Positions 48,230-56,219 of a stretch of 64,000 nt of DNA are shown here, piece by piece. A model generated the notes under the pieces. It did not search any database and had not been told where the DNA came from. It was given only the letters and a program-made list of their open reading frames with translations. The DNA is taken from positions 1 to 64,000 of the IMG/VR virus record IMGVR_UViG_3300033984_000473. One strand, 5' to 3'. The position numbers were made by a program, and so were the translations under genes. Position 1 is the first letter of the stretch. Each line of letters opens with the position of its first letter.

Positions 48230-48235
48230 TTAATC

Positions 48236-48263
48236 AAACCCACATTTTTTTGTGGGTTTTTTT
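48236..48263 (+). terminator. Intrinsic terminator after clpC, followed at once by a TATATTTATC motif
   Basis: AAACCCACA-TTTTTT-TGTGGGTTTTTTT. Confidence 0.8.
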
Positions 48264-48275
48264 ATATTTATCAAT

Positions 48276-49145
48276 ATGATAGAAGACATATTACAAAATA
48301 AATACGGAGAAAGCCTTAAAGCTTTAGACATATACGAAACAAACACTAGCCTCAAGCTTACTAGGATTATCGTTAATCCAGAAACTAGAGATACAGGCGT
48401 GGGTAGCAACGTTATGCAAGATTTAGTTAAGTATGCTGATGACAAAGGTAAAATAGTTACTTTAACACCATCTAAAGATTTTGGTGGAAATGTTAACAGA
48501 CTGGTTCAATTCTACAAAAGATTCGGTTTTAAAATGAATAAAGGACACAATAAAAACTTCCAGTTTATGGATACTATGATTCGATACCCAAAATTAGCTG
48601 GAATGAAAGAAAACTTTAAACCATTGATTAAAAATCTTCTTAGAGAAGCCATCGATAAAACAATCAAATGTAAAAAATGTGGATGGAAATGGAAATTAAA
48701 AGATGGCGGGGACGACCCATACGTTTGTCATAAATGCCATCCAGAGAATATACCAAAAAAGAAACCAATTAAAGAAGCTTTATTAAATAAAACAGATGCT
48801 GATATTTTAAAAGTAACTGACTTTGTTAATTTTGCTAAAGATTACCTAGAAATCAACGATGATATTAAAATAAGTTTAGCTTTTGAAAAAACACCAGACA
48901 TAAGAACTACAGCCTATTACAATAATGAAGGTTTCATAAAGGTTTATGTTAAAGATAGAGCAATAATTGATGTTTGTAGAAGTATCGCTCACGAGCTGGT
49001 ACACCATAAACAAAATCTAGATGGAAGATTTGAAGATGCTGTTGACCCAGGTGAAGATGGTAGTGAATTTGAAAATGAAGCTAACTCAGTAGCTGGAGTA
49101 CTAATAAGAAAATGGGGTAGAATACACCCAGAAATATACACTTAA
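48276..49145 (+). CDS. Modular protein: GNAT-like domain + Cys4 zinc ribbon + HExxH metallopeptidase-like domain
   Basis: VNPETRDTGVGS…RLVQFYKRFGF; CKKC…CHKC; RSIAHELVHH…ENEAN; linkers IKNLLREA and PIKEA. Confidence 0.7.
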   Translation: MIEDILQNKYGESLKALDIYETNTSLKLTRIIVNPETRDTGVGSNVMQDLVKYADDKGKIVTLTPSKDFGGNVNRLVQFYKRFGFKMNKGHNKNFQFMDTMIRYPKLAGMKENFKPLIKNLLREAIDKTIKCKKCGWKWKLKDGGDDPYVCHKCHPENIPKKKPIKEALLNKTDADILKVTDFVNFAKDYLEINDDIKISLAFEKTPDIRTTAYYNNEGFIKVYVKDRAIIDVCRSIAHELVHHKQNLDGRFEDAVDPGEDGSEFENEANSVAGVLIRKWGRIHPEIYT

Positions 49146-49148
49146 GAT

Positions 49149-49454
49149 ATGGAAAATAAATTAAAAGGCGGTAAATCAGATACTTTATCTTTAAAAGATA
49201 TAGCTGATAAGTTTGATGTGCCAGTTACCACCATCAAAAAACAAATTGAAAAAGGAATCAAAGTCGAAATGGAACATACTAGCGATAAAGAAAAAGCTAG
49301 AGAAATCGCAACTGACCACGTTTCCGAATTTGCTGACTACTACGATAGATTAGGGAAGATGGAAAATAAAGCTTCTAAGGACTTGAAAGTTAAAGGTGTG
49401 ACCGAGAATACCAAAACACTAATTAAACGTCTTATACGTGAGAATATTAAATAA
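49149..49454 (+). CDS. Small phage protein (GIKVEMEHT…IATDH..E..DYY family, DUF5661-like) with C-terminal IKRLIRE
   Basis: Motif recognised by eye. Confidence 0.65.
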   Translation: MENKLKGGKSDTLSLKDIADKFDVPVTTIKKQIEKGIKVEMEHTSDKEKAREIATDHVSEFADYYDRLGKMENKASKDLKVKGVTENTKTLIKRLIRENIK

Positions 49455-49482
49455 AAAAAGCCTGTTATTAACAGGCTTCTTT
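49453..49482. terminator. Bidirectional terminator
   Basis: AAAAAAAGCCTGTT-ATT-AACAGGCTTCTTT between convergent genes. Confidence 0.8.
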
Positions 49483-49489
49483 GTTTTAA

Positions 49490-50026
49490 TTAATTAATAT
49501 CTCTATTCCAAGTATATTCATCACTAACTTTAGCAAATCTACTATCTTTTTCATAATCAATCCTACCAAGTTTAGGGTCAAAATACCCAACCAAATCAGC
49601 GTATAGATATATTTTATATTTATTTGTATCTTCGTTATATATAGTACCTAATGCTGGGTTTGAATCGATAAATGTTTTAAAATCATTTTTGTTTACCAAC
49701 CTAACACTGCTAAAACCATTTGATTCTTCTCTTATTGTTCCTTGATTAGCTAATTGAAATTCAAAATCATTCGCATGGAATCTTCTAGTTCCAAACTCAA
49801 CGACCCATTCACCACTACTTTCTCTACCGATATATTCACCTTTCATATTTGGCGTAACCATCTCACCTGTATTATCATCAATTTTTCTAGCATCTCCGAC
49901 CCAAACAATTTCATCACCTCTTTTTGCTTCCAAGTTTTCGGTAATAATCCCTTTAGATTCTAAGTATCTTTGTTCAGCCAATATGTTAGTCTTAGCTATA
50001 TTTAATTTTTTATCTGATTTTCTCAT
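49490..50026 (-). CDS. Hypothetical protein with N-terminal ILAE/YLES/ITEN sites
   Basis: GATATTTATA at 50040-50049 upstream. Confidence 0.65.
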   Translation of the reverse strand: MRKSDKKLNIAKTNILAEQRYLESKGIITENLEAKRGDEIVWVGDARKIDDNTGEMVTPNMKGEYIGRESSGEWVVEFGTRRFHANDFEFQLANQGTIREESNGFSSVRLVNKNDFKTFIDSNPALGTIYNEDTNKYKIYLYADLVGYFDPKLGRIDYEKDSRFAKVSDEYTWNRDIN

Positions 50027-50065
50027 AGTGTATTTTTAATATAAATATCTTAGGTTTTTTAAAAG

Positions 50066-50593
50066 TTAGCCAATATACTCATGGCTAAAACAAATTCTTT
50101 TGTTGTCAAAGTAATGTTCTTTGTACATATTTTCAATTGAAACGTCTTTTCTCAATTTCTTATTCTTGCTAGTTGGTTTCCAAAGACTTGAATTTTCTCT
50201 GTAATAACCCATTCTAGGGTGTGCAGTTCTAGAGAAATACCTATGACCTTCATCTATGTGTATTTGAGCAATAGCATCTGAAAATCTAACACCTAATCCC
50301 ATTCCTTGATAATCTGGAAGAATAACTGTGCGGTGACCACGCCACGCATTTTTAAGGGTTCCACTTGGCATTGTTATGGCTGCACCGAACGCAACTACAT
50401 TTCCTTCCCATACTCCAATGTAACATCTGGAAGCTTTGTTTACATTTCCATCTAAATAGTGATGGTCCTTAAACATTCCCCAACTATCATAGTTTGTGCG
50501 ATATACGTCAATTTTGATTTCTGGTCGGGCAAAAAAAAACCGTCTAGCAATTCGCCTGTGTCGGTATCTAATACCCAATCTGGTTCTAACCAT
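50066..50593 (-). CDS. GNAT/Mom-like acetyltransferase domain; probably the C-terminal half of an ABC-ATPase fusion reached by -1 frameshift
   Basis: RPEIKI…WGMFKDHHYL…RTVILPDYQGMGLG; no plausible own start, the N-terminus before the T9 run looks non-coding. Confidence 0.75.
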   Translation of the reverse strand: MVRTRLGIRYRHRRIARRFFFARPEIKIDVYRTNYDSWGMFKDHHYLDGNVNKASRCYIGVWEGNVVAFGAAITMPSGTLKNAWRGHRTVILPDYQGMGLGVRFSDAIAQIHIDEGHRYFSRTAHPRMGYYRENSSLWKPTSKNKKLRKDVSIENMYKEHYFDNKRICFSHEYIG

Positions 50594-51141
50594 TCTAATA
50601 TGTCCCTATGACACGTTGATAATACTATGTTTTCCAAGTCGTTGTTTCTTATATACCTAGACAAAGATACACTAGCAGCCTTGGCCACCGCCCTATCAAC
50701 AACACTAGTAAACTCATCTATAACAACGTTAGATTTAATCTTACGAGCCAAGTCAGCTCTGAATTTTTCACCGTTGGATAGCACATGATATGGTTTATAC
50801 CACGATGGTACGGAATTCAACCCAACACTACCCAATTTATTTATAGCCTCGTCTGGACTAGCAAAATGTGATACAATAGATTTGTTTGATTCCCATACAG
50901 GATTTTCTTCAGTTCCGAATTGTTTTAAAAGAGTAGATTTACCAGAACCACTTGAACCAACGATTACTCCTAGTTTAAATTTTTTTGGTAGATTTGTGGG
51001 TAATTTCCACTGGTAGAATTTTGACGTACCATCGAAAGCACAATCAAAAGCTTTTTCACTGGCCGTGATAAAATCATCTCGGTCAACACTAGACACCAAG
51101 GGTTCGGTATCTTTAATTAATTTTTGGATAACTTTTTCCAT
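50452..51141 (-). CDS. Soluble ABC-type ATPase domain
   Basis: GSSGSGKSTLL, LSNGEKFRADLAR, VIDEFTSVVDR, STCH; no transmembrane partner nearby. Confidence 0.85.
   Translation of the reverse strand: MEKVIQKLIKDTEPLVSSVDRDDFITASEKAFDCAFDGTSKFYQWKLPTNLPKKFKLGVIVGSSGSGKSTLLKQFGTEENPVWESNKSIVSHFASPDEAINKLGSVGLNSVPSWYKPYHVLSNGEKFRADLARKIKSNVVIDEFTSVVDRAVAKAASVSLSRYIRNNDLENIVLSTCHRDILEWLEPDWVLDTDTGELLDGFFLPDQKSKLTYIAQTMIVGECLRTITI
50531..50541 (-). other. Slippery site GG-T9 joining the ATPase (0 frame) and acetyltransferase (-1 frame)
   Basis: 0 frame GGT TTT TTT TTG CCC; -1 frame CGG TTT TTT TTT GCC CGA CCA GAA. Confidence 0.6.
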
Positions 51142-51158
51142 GAAACTTTTTTTAAATA

Positions 51159-51197
51159 AAATAGCTAGGGATGCATAAAATAATGTCCCTAGCTATT
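51159..51197 (-). terminator. Stem-loop, probable terminator
   Basis: AATAGCTAGGGA…TCCCTAGCTATT inverted repeat. Confidence 0.6.
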
Positions 51198-51215
51198 AAT
51201 ATTTTTTGATAAAAA

Positions 51216-51422
51216 TTACTTTTTACCTTCAGTTAATTGTTGGAATTTAGCCTCTAACGCAGCAATTTTACCTTCTAAAACAGCAGTTTTATTGTTGGTT
51301 TTTTTAGCTTGTTCGTTAATCCATTCTTGTTTTTTCACAGCAACTGCTTCATTTACAATATTGTCGATTAAATCAACTAAATGGTTTTCTTTAATTTTAA
51401 CTGTTTTTTTTACGTTTGACAT
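51216..51422 (-). CDS. Small protein made mostly of head-targeting-like peptide plus coiled coil
   Basis: VKIKENHLVDLIDNIVNEA…INEQ…VLEG…LTEG; late motif at ~51457. Confidence 0.65.
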   Translation of the reverse strand: MSNVKKTVKIKENHLVDLIDNIVNEAVAVKKQEWINEQAKKTNNKTAVLEGKIAALEAKFQQLTEGKK

Positions 51423-51490
51423 ATGTTCTAAGTGTTAAATAAAATCTTATTTTCTATAATAAATATATTGAAATAATAGAAAAGTTTAAT

Positions 51491-51646
51491 TTATCTAACA
51501 AAAATATCTACATTGAATATTTTTAATAGGTCAATTAACGTTAAATTTTTTAAAGTTGCAAAATTTTTAGCAGCTCCATGTAAATCATTAGCTGAAGTGG
51601 TGTTTATAACTTCACCTTTTTTTGTTTTTAATGCGAATTTTATCAT
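51491..51646 (-). CDS. 51-aa ORF not in the track (MIKFALKTKKGEVINTTSANDLHGAAKNFATLKNLTLIDLLKIFNVDIFVR)
   Basis: ATG 51646 to TAA 51491; ATATTTATT motif just upstream. Confidence 0.55.
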   Translation of the reverse strand: MIKFALKTKKGEVINTTSANDLHGAAKNFATLKNLTLIDLLKIFNVDIFVR

Positions 51647-51696
51647 AGGGTTTTCTTTTTAAATAAATATAAAAGAAAACCCTACAAAGTAAAATT

Positions 51697-52227
51697 TTAA
51701 CACTTTCTGTCAGCCGCAGTTGAAGCCGCCCATGCATCTGGTTTTATCTTGAAATCGTAACCCATACCTAAGATGTAACCAACGGCAGATTGTAACGCTT
51801 TGTTAGAATCGTGTTTAGGGTCTGGGTTAATATCTGCGTGAATTTCCATCTTGATTTCGTATAAGTCTAATAACTCAGCAATTTCAGTGGCAACTTCAAT
51901 AGATTTCCCTACCTCAAATACCATTCTTTCATTTACTAGTTCTTTGTCTCTTTTTTTTCCATCTAAGTCTTTTTTCTTAAAGTCATGATTATAAGTAGCC
52001 GAAATAATCATACCACCACGGCCCCAAATAACACCACCACCCAAATCCTCGGTAGCGGTAATAAGGATAACTGTCGCAAATCTATAAAGCGTTTTGCTTA
52101 TTTTTTGCGAGTCAGTACCAATAGATACTTTAAGTATTTTATTTTTTGCTAATTCTTCGTCAAAAAGGTTAGCTAAGTAATCTACTATAGATTCTTCAAT
52201 TACTTTGTCATTTCTTTTCCATTTCAT
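51697..52227 (-). CDS. RNase H-like YkuK-family protein
   Basis: IGTDSQ, ERMVFEVGKS, EIHADIN, KPDAWAASTAADR. Confidence 0.82.
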   Translation of the reverse strand: MKWKRNDKVIEESIVDYLANLFDEELAKNKILKVSIGTDSQKISKTLYRFATVILITATEDLGGGVIWGRGGMIISATYNHDFKKKDLDGKKRDKELVNERMVFEVGKSIEVATEIAELLDLYEIKMEIHADINPDPKHDSNKALQSAVGYILGMGYDFKIKPDAWAASTAADRKC

Positions 52228-52264
52228 GTTTTCTACTTTTTTGTTTATTTTATTGTTTAAAACA

Positions 52265-52291
52265 AAAAAAGGCTCCAAATTGGAGCCTTTT
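52265..52291 (-). terminator. Intrinsic terminator
   Basis: AAAAGGCTCCAA-TTTGGAGCCTTTTTTT on the minus strand. Confidence 0.8.
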
Positions 52292-52296
52292 ATCGT

Positions 52297-53712
52297 TTAA
52301 CTTATATAAGTTGTTGGTAACAACTTCTTTAATTTTTGATAATTCTCTGCTCCTATGTCTTCTTCACGTACCCCTACTCTATGTAGCGACCCACCATTAC
52401 TTTTATCCAAATAGGCAATCTCAGACGGTATGTCTATTATCGGATTACCAATGATATTTAAAAACTGAAGATTTTTTAACGCACCTATTTCTTTTGGTAA
52501 TTCTTTGATACGGTTTTCCGTTAGAACCAACATTTCTAAATTCGTTAATTTACCGATAGATGGATGTAACTCAACCATCTTAGCATTTGTAATGATAAGT
52601 TGGTCAAGTGATTTAAACTTGCTAATATCTGGCAATCTCGGTATTTCTCTAGTCATAAATCTTATTGTTGGTGTGTCTTCTTCTAATAATTCAAATAAGC
52701 TCTCTGCGAACCCAAATTGAATTAAGTAATCTAAATATCTGTTATTCTCTAATCCTTTGCTATGGTTTTTAGCCATACCCATTAACTCTTCATAAAAAAA
52801 GTTACTAATACCCTCACTTTGGTTAATTACATCTTCAAAAATGCTAACATTCTGACCATTTCTACTATCTTTAAGCTGATTGGTTTCAAAGTGTATTTGA
52901 TATAACTCTTTTGAAGTCCCTTCAAAGAACTTATTGTTAATTATTATATAAATATCAGACTTTTTACCATTAGGCTTTTTATGACCTTCAGTATAGCTCT
53001 TGAACATACCATTTCCAGCTCTAGCTGTACACCAGTTAGCAAAGTTATCAAAAACCGTACTAGCTTCAGTGGTTTTAGGTATAAACAACGTAAACTTTCT
53101 ATCTTTTACTGGCATCTCTGCTTGTCCAGAATCTACAAATTTTTGTAGAGTTCTCTCAATAGCACTTGCATCTTTTTCGATAAACGGGTCTACCGAATCA
53201 AATAATTGCGATAAAGATTTGTATTGGTTAATATCCGTTGGGTCTGTTAAACCTTTAAGACTGTAGCTTCCTTTACATAAATCTTTAAATTTTTTCTTAC
53301 GTTTATTATCTTCAAATAAAACCAAATACTTATTTGCCTGTGGTAAATCTTCATCAACGAAACGAATTGCAGCGTCAACGCTAGATTGTTTACCATCTTT
53401 AATTAAACGTGTAAACATGTTCAACATCCATTGTATAAAAACCTTATTTTCTGTTGGGTCAGCAACAATCATTGAAGCAAACACGTCCGAACAGATACTA
53501 ACTTTTTTAAGTATTCTATCCTTTCCATTTGGTTTAACCGAAAGAATAGCCAACATGTTACCACTATGAGTCGTTATCAATGAAGACATGTATTGATTAT
53601 TTGTTAGTTCTTCCATTTTGCTCTCTAATTGAGAGTTCTCGGAACCACATTCAAACACATCAAATGTCTCAGCCAAAAATGTTAATCTATCGGTAATATT
53701 CTTTTCTTTCAT
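52297..53712 (-). CDS. Protein with a central WCTA-motif phage domain and C-terminal leucine-rich repeats
   Basis: TEAS…NWCTA…YIII…YQIHF; LRRs LTNLEMLVLTENRIKELPKEIGALKNLQFLNIIGNPI. Confidence 0.8.
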   Translation of the reverse strand: MKEKNITDRLTFLAETFDVFECGSENSQLESKMEELTNNQYMSSLITTHSGNMLAILSVKPNGKDRILKKVSICSDVFASMIVADPTENKVFIQWMLNMFTRLIKDGKQSSVDAAIRFVDEDLPQANKYLVLFEDNKRKKKFKDLCKGSYSLKGLTDPTDINQYKSLSQLFDSVDPFIEKDASAIERTLQKFVDSGQAEMPVKDRKFTLFIPKTTEASTVFDNFANWCTARAGNGMFKSYTEGHKKPNGKKSDIYIIINNKFFEGTSKELYQIHFETNQLKDSRNGQNVSIFEDVINQSEGISNFFYEELMGMAKNHSKGLENNRYLDYLIQFGFAESLFELLEEDTPTIRFMTREIPRLPDISKFKSLDQLIITNAKMVELHPSIGKLTNLEMLVLTENRIKELPKEIGALKNLQFLNIIGNPIIDIPSEIAYLDKSNGGSLHRVGVREEDIGAENYQKLKKLLPTTYIS

Positions 53713-53730
53713 GTTTATTCGTTTTATGAA

Positions 53731-53761
53731 CAAAGATACACAAAAAAAACGGATAAGGCAA
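53731..53761 (-). promoter_or_regulatory. Bacteroidota-type promoter TTG-N20-TATCTTTG
   Basis: Plus strand CAAAGATA 53731-38, CAA 53759-61. Confidence 0.7.
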
Positions 53762-53764
53762 GTA

Positions 53765-54106
53765 TTAGATTAAAAATTTGCTAAAATAATCGTCTTCTAT
53801 ATATTCTTCGATTCTTCTCTTTAAAAACCATATCAACCCATCTACTTCATCTATCTCTCTTTCGATGATATCTAGTATCACTTTGCTTGGGTCTTCACCA
53901 TCGGTTAATCGATATTTAATCTCCTTGAAATACTCCCCCTTATTTTGACTCATCAATTGTTGAATCACTAAATTATACGTTTCCCATCTGTTTTCTTTTT
54001 CTTCATCTAGTGTTTCTAAGATACAAATAACGTGTTTGTTATATGCTTTGTCCAAGGTAGTTCTTTTACTTCTTCCAGCTTTTAATAAAAAATTTTTAGC
54101 TTCCAT
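53765..54106 (-). CDS. Hypothetical protein (paralog of 54220-54540)
   Basis: WETYNLVIQQL…EIKYRLTDGEDPSKVILDII. Confidence 0.7.
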   Translation of the reverse strand: MEAKNFLLKAGRSKRTTLDKAYNKHVICILETLDEEKENRWETYNLVIQQLMSQNKGEYFKEIKYRLTDGEDPSKVILDIIEREIDEVDGLIWFLKRRIEEYIEDDYFSKFLI

Positions 54107-54219
54107 AAGTGTCGATTAAATTAAATGTTATTTAATAATAAATATCACAATATCTCTAATCAGAACATAAATTTTTTGTTAATAATCCCTATACCCGCTG
54201 AGCCTCAGCGTTATAAATT

Positions 54220-54540
54220 TTAGAAATTTTTGATTTTATTATACAACCTATCTAGCTCTGGACTCTGGTGTCTAATTTGCCCGATTACTTCAATACACAC
54301 TTCATTAGGGTCAGAATTTTCTGTCAATTTATATTGAAGTTCTTTCACTTTCAAGGTGTCTTTTAAGGTATTCTTAAGTTCTAAAATGACTTGGTTATAA
54401 GTAACCCATGCTTGTTTGTTTTCGATGTCACCTAAAATAAGATTTTCAGTTAGCATGTCTTCATACTCGTGCTCTAAATATGTGTCAAAAGCACCGTAAT
54501 GCTCCCTTAATACTAGTCTTATTTTATCTTTAAGGTCCAT
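54220..54540 (-). CDS. Hypothetical protein with N-terminal IRLVLRE peptide (paralog of 53765-54106)
   Basis: WVTYNQVILEL…ELQYKLTENSDPNEVCIEVI. Confidence 0.7.
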   Translation of the reverse strand: MDLKDKIRLVLREHYGAFDTYLEHEYEDMLTENLILGDIENKQAWVTYNQVILELKNTLKDTLKVKELQYKLTENSDPNEVCIEVIGQIRHQSPELDRLYNKIKNF

Positions 54541-54551
54541 CTAATTCGCAG

Positions 54552-54893
54552 TTATCTATGTGAAACATTTTTAGATAACTGGAAGTCGTCAGTTATCTTT
54601 CCAAACATCCAATCTTTAATTACCTGTTTGGTGAAATCTTCCTTGGTCTTATATTTGAATTGCATGTAATCAAATAAATCTTTCGGTGAAATAACTTCAT
54701 CATCAAGGTTGACCTTAACCATTTTCATTGGTTTATAATCACCACCTTCACGTGCAAAATTTTCTGTGGGTGTATAGTTTGCATCCAACTCATCTTTCAT
54801 TTGTTTAACAATAGATGAATGTGCAGTTGACTCACTGATAAAATGTTTTAAGCGTGTTAATTGGCTTTCCGTTATGATTAATTTATTTTTCAT
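54552..54893 (-). CDS. Hypothetical protein with N-terminal LIITESQL peptide
   Basis: MKNKLIITESQLTRLKHFISES; GATATTTATA 3 nt upstream (54897-54906). Confidence 0.7.
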   Translation of the reverse strand: MKNKLIITESQLTRLKHFISESTAHSSIVKQMKDELDANYTPTENFAREGGDYKPMKMVKVNLDDEVISPKDLFDYMQFKYKTKEDFTKQVIKDWMFGKITDDFQLSKNVSHR

Positions 54894-54915
54894 ATCTATA
54901 AATATCTTTAGAAAT

Positions 54916-54941
54916 AAAAAAGGCCCCAAATGGGACCTTTT
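54916..54941 (-). terminator. Intrinsic terminator after thioredoxin
   Basis: Minus strand AAAAGGTCCCA-TT-TGGGGCCTTTTTT. Confidence 0.7.
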
Positions 54942-54964
54942 ATTTTTAAGAATGTAGAATTATA

Positions 54965-55291
54965 TTATAAACTATCGATAATAGCTTGTAATTCAGTTTG
55001 GCTCTTAGCACCAGCACTTCTTTTACCTACAATTTCTTCACCATCTTTAAAGAAGATAACTGTTGGAATCCCTCTAACATTATACTTTTGTGCTAGCTCT
55101 TGGTTTCCTTCACCATCAACATTCACTTTTCCAATTGTGATACCCTTATTTTTTTCGTCCACTGATAGAGCCTCAATTACTGGGCCTAACATTTTGCATG
55201 GGCCACACCACGGTGCCCAAAAATCTAAAACAGTTATGTTTTTTTGTTTGAAAACATCTTGTACGTTTTCTTTTGTTACTTCTAATGCCAT
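54965..55291 (-). CDS. trxA: Thioredoxin
   Basis: DFWAPWCGPCK, KVNVD, RGIPT. Confidence 0.95.
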   Translation of the reverse strand: MALEVTKENVQDVFKQKNITVLDFWAPWCGPCKMLGPVIEALSVDEKNKGITIGKVNVDGEGNQELAQKYNVRGIPTVIFFKDGEEIVGKRSAGAKSQTELQAIIDSL

Positions 55292-55350
55292 TTACTTAAA
55301 TTTTATTTTTTGTTATAGTTATAAATATATTAAATCAAATACAAAAATCA

Positions 55351-55602
55351 ATGACAGATTCAGCAATGATATGGAAATTTTTAGCTCGTGAGTTCCCAGA
55401 TGACCATCCAGTTATCTATATGTACGTCTGTGGCAACGTTAGAAGCCCTAAAACCGCAATAGATAAAGCTATGATAATCACTAAAAAAATATTCTGCCCA
55501 CCATTCGAAATTAGCTTTGTTCAAGCTATACTAAAAGGATTCCTAGATATGAAAAAAGACCAATACACCAAAGCCTTGATAAAGGTTAAACCCCTATATT
55601 AA
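55351..55602 (+). CDS. Hypothetical protein
   Basis: 83-aa ORF. Confidence 0.55.
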   Translation: MTDSAMIWKFLAREFPDDHPVIYMYVCGNVRSPKTAIDKAMIITKKIFCPPFEISFVQAILKGFLDMKKDQYTKALIKVKPLY

Positions 55603-55913
55603 TTCAAAGACATAGGGTAAAATTCTAGTGTTCCTCTAACGATACTTTCGAAATCTGTAAATCTAGTAACATCTAAATTAAAAAATATTGCAATATAATG
55701 ACCGCTTTCGTCAAATGTAAAACCATATATCTTTTCTAGCATAATCGCCACCTCGCTTAAATCAACACGCTCTCTAGAAGATGGGTTACCACCTCTAATA
55801 GCATAACCCAACCCATGACAATAGTTAGGGAATGAGGAATAGTTAGATTTCTTAAATTGTCTAAAAGAAACTTCACATATCGTGAGCATTACAAAGTTAT
55901 CAAATTTATTCAT
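55599..55913 (-). CDS. Hypothetical protein
   Basis: 104-aa ORF; TATATTTG -7-like element at 55922-29. Confidence 0.55.
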   Translation of the reverse strand: MNKFDNFVMLTICEVSFRQFKKSNYSSFPNYCHGLGYAIRGGNPSSRERVDLSEVAIMLEKIYGFTFDESGHYIAIFFNLDVTRFTDFESIVRGTLEFYPMSLN

Positions 55914-55973
55914 TTATTATACAAATATACGATTTATTATTCAATTATAAAATATTTATAGTAAATATCTTTT

Positions 55974-56219
55974 ATGTTAGACGAAAAAGACGAAGAAATG
56001 ATTCTAAAGTTCATTCAACGAAATTATCCAGTTGCCAGAATAAAACACAATATGCGTTTTAGACGTGCTATTGTTATCGATGGTAAAACACCACACATAC
56101 TTAGTGATGCAAAATCTACTCTACCAATCAAAATAGAGCTAAGTAACATCATCAAAAAGATATTTGATTGCAACTATATTACAGCTGAAAAACTTATCAC
56201 CAAAGCCCTTAATATCTAA
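55974..56219 (+). CDS. Hypothetical protein
   Basis: 81-aa ORF; AATATTTATA at 55951-60. Confidence 0.6.
   Translation: MLDEKDEEMILKFIQRNYPVARIKHNMRFRRAIVIDGKTPHILSDAKSTLPIKIELSNIIKKIFDCNYITAEKLITKALNI

Noticed and set aside
50452-51141. ABC transporter
   Set aside because: No permease or binding protein nearby; the ATPase is linked to an acetyltransferase domain instead
54196-54210. GC-rich palindrome CGCTGA-GCC-TCAGCG in an intergenic gap
   Set aside because: Single occurrence with no U tract or supporting context; function cannot be assigned
54930-55391. 153-aa plus-strand ORF
   Set aside because: Antisense to a clear thioredoxin gene and starts inside its terminator
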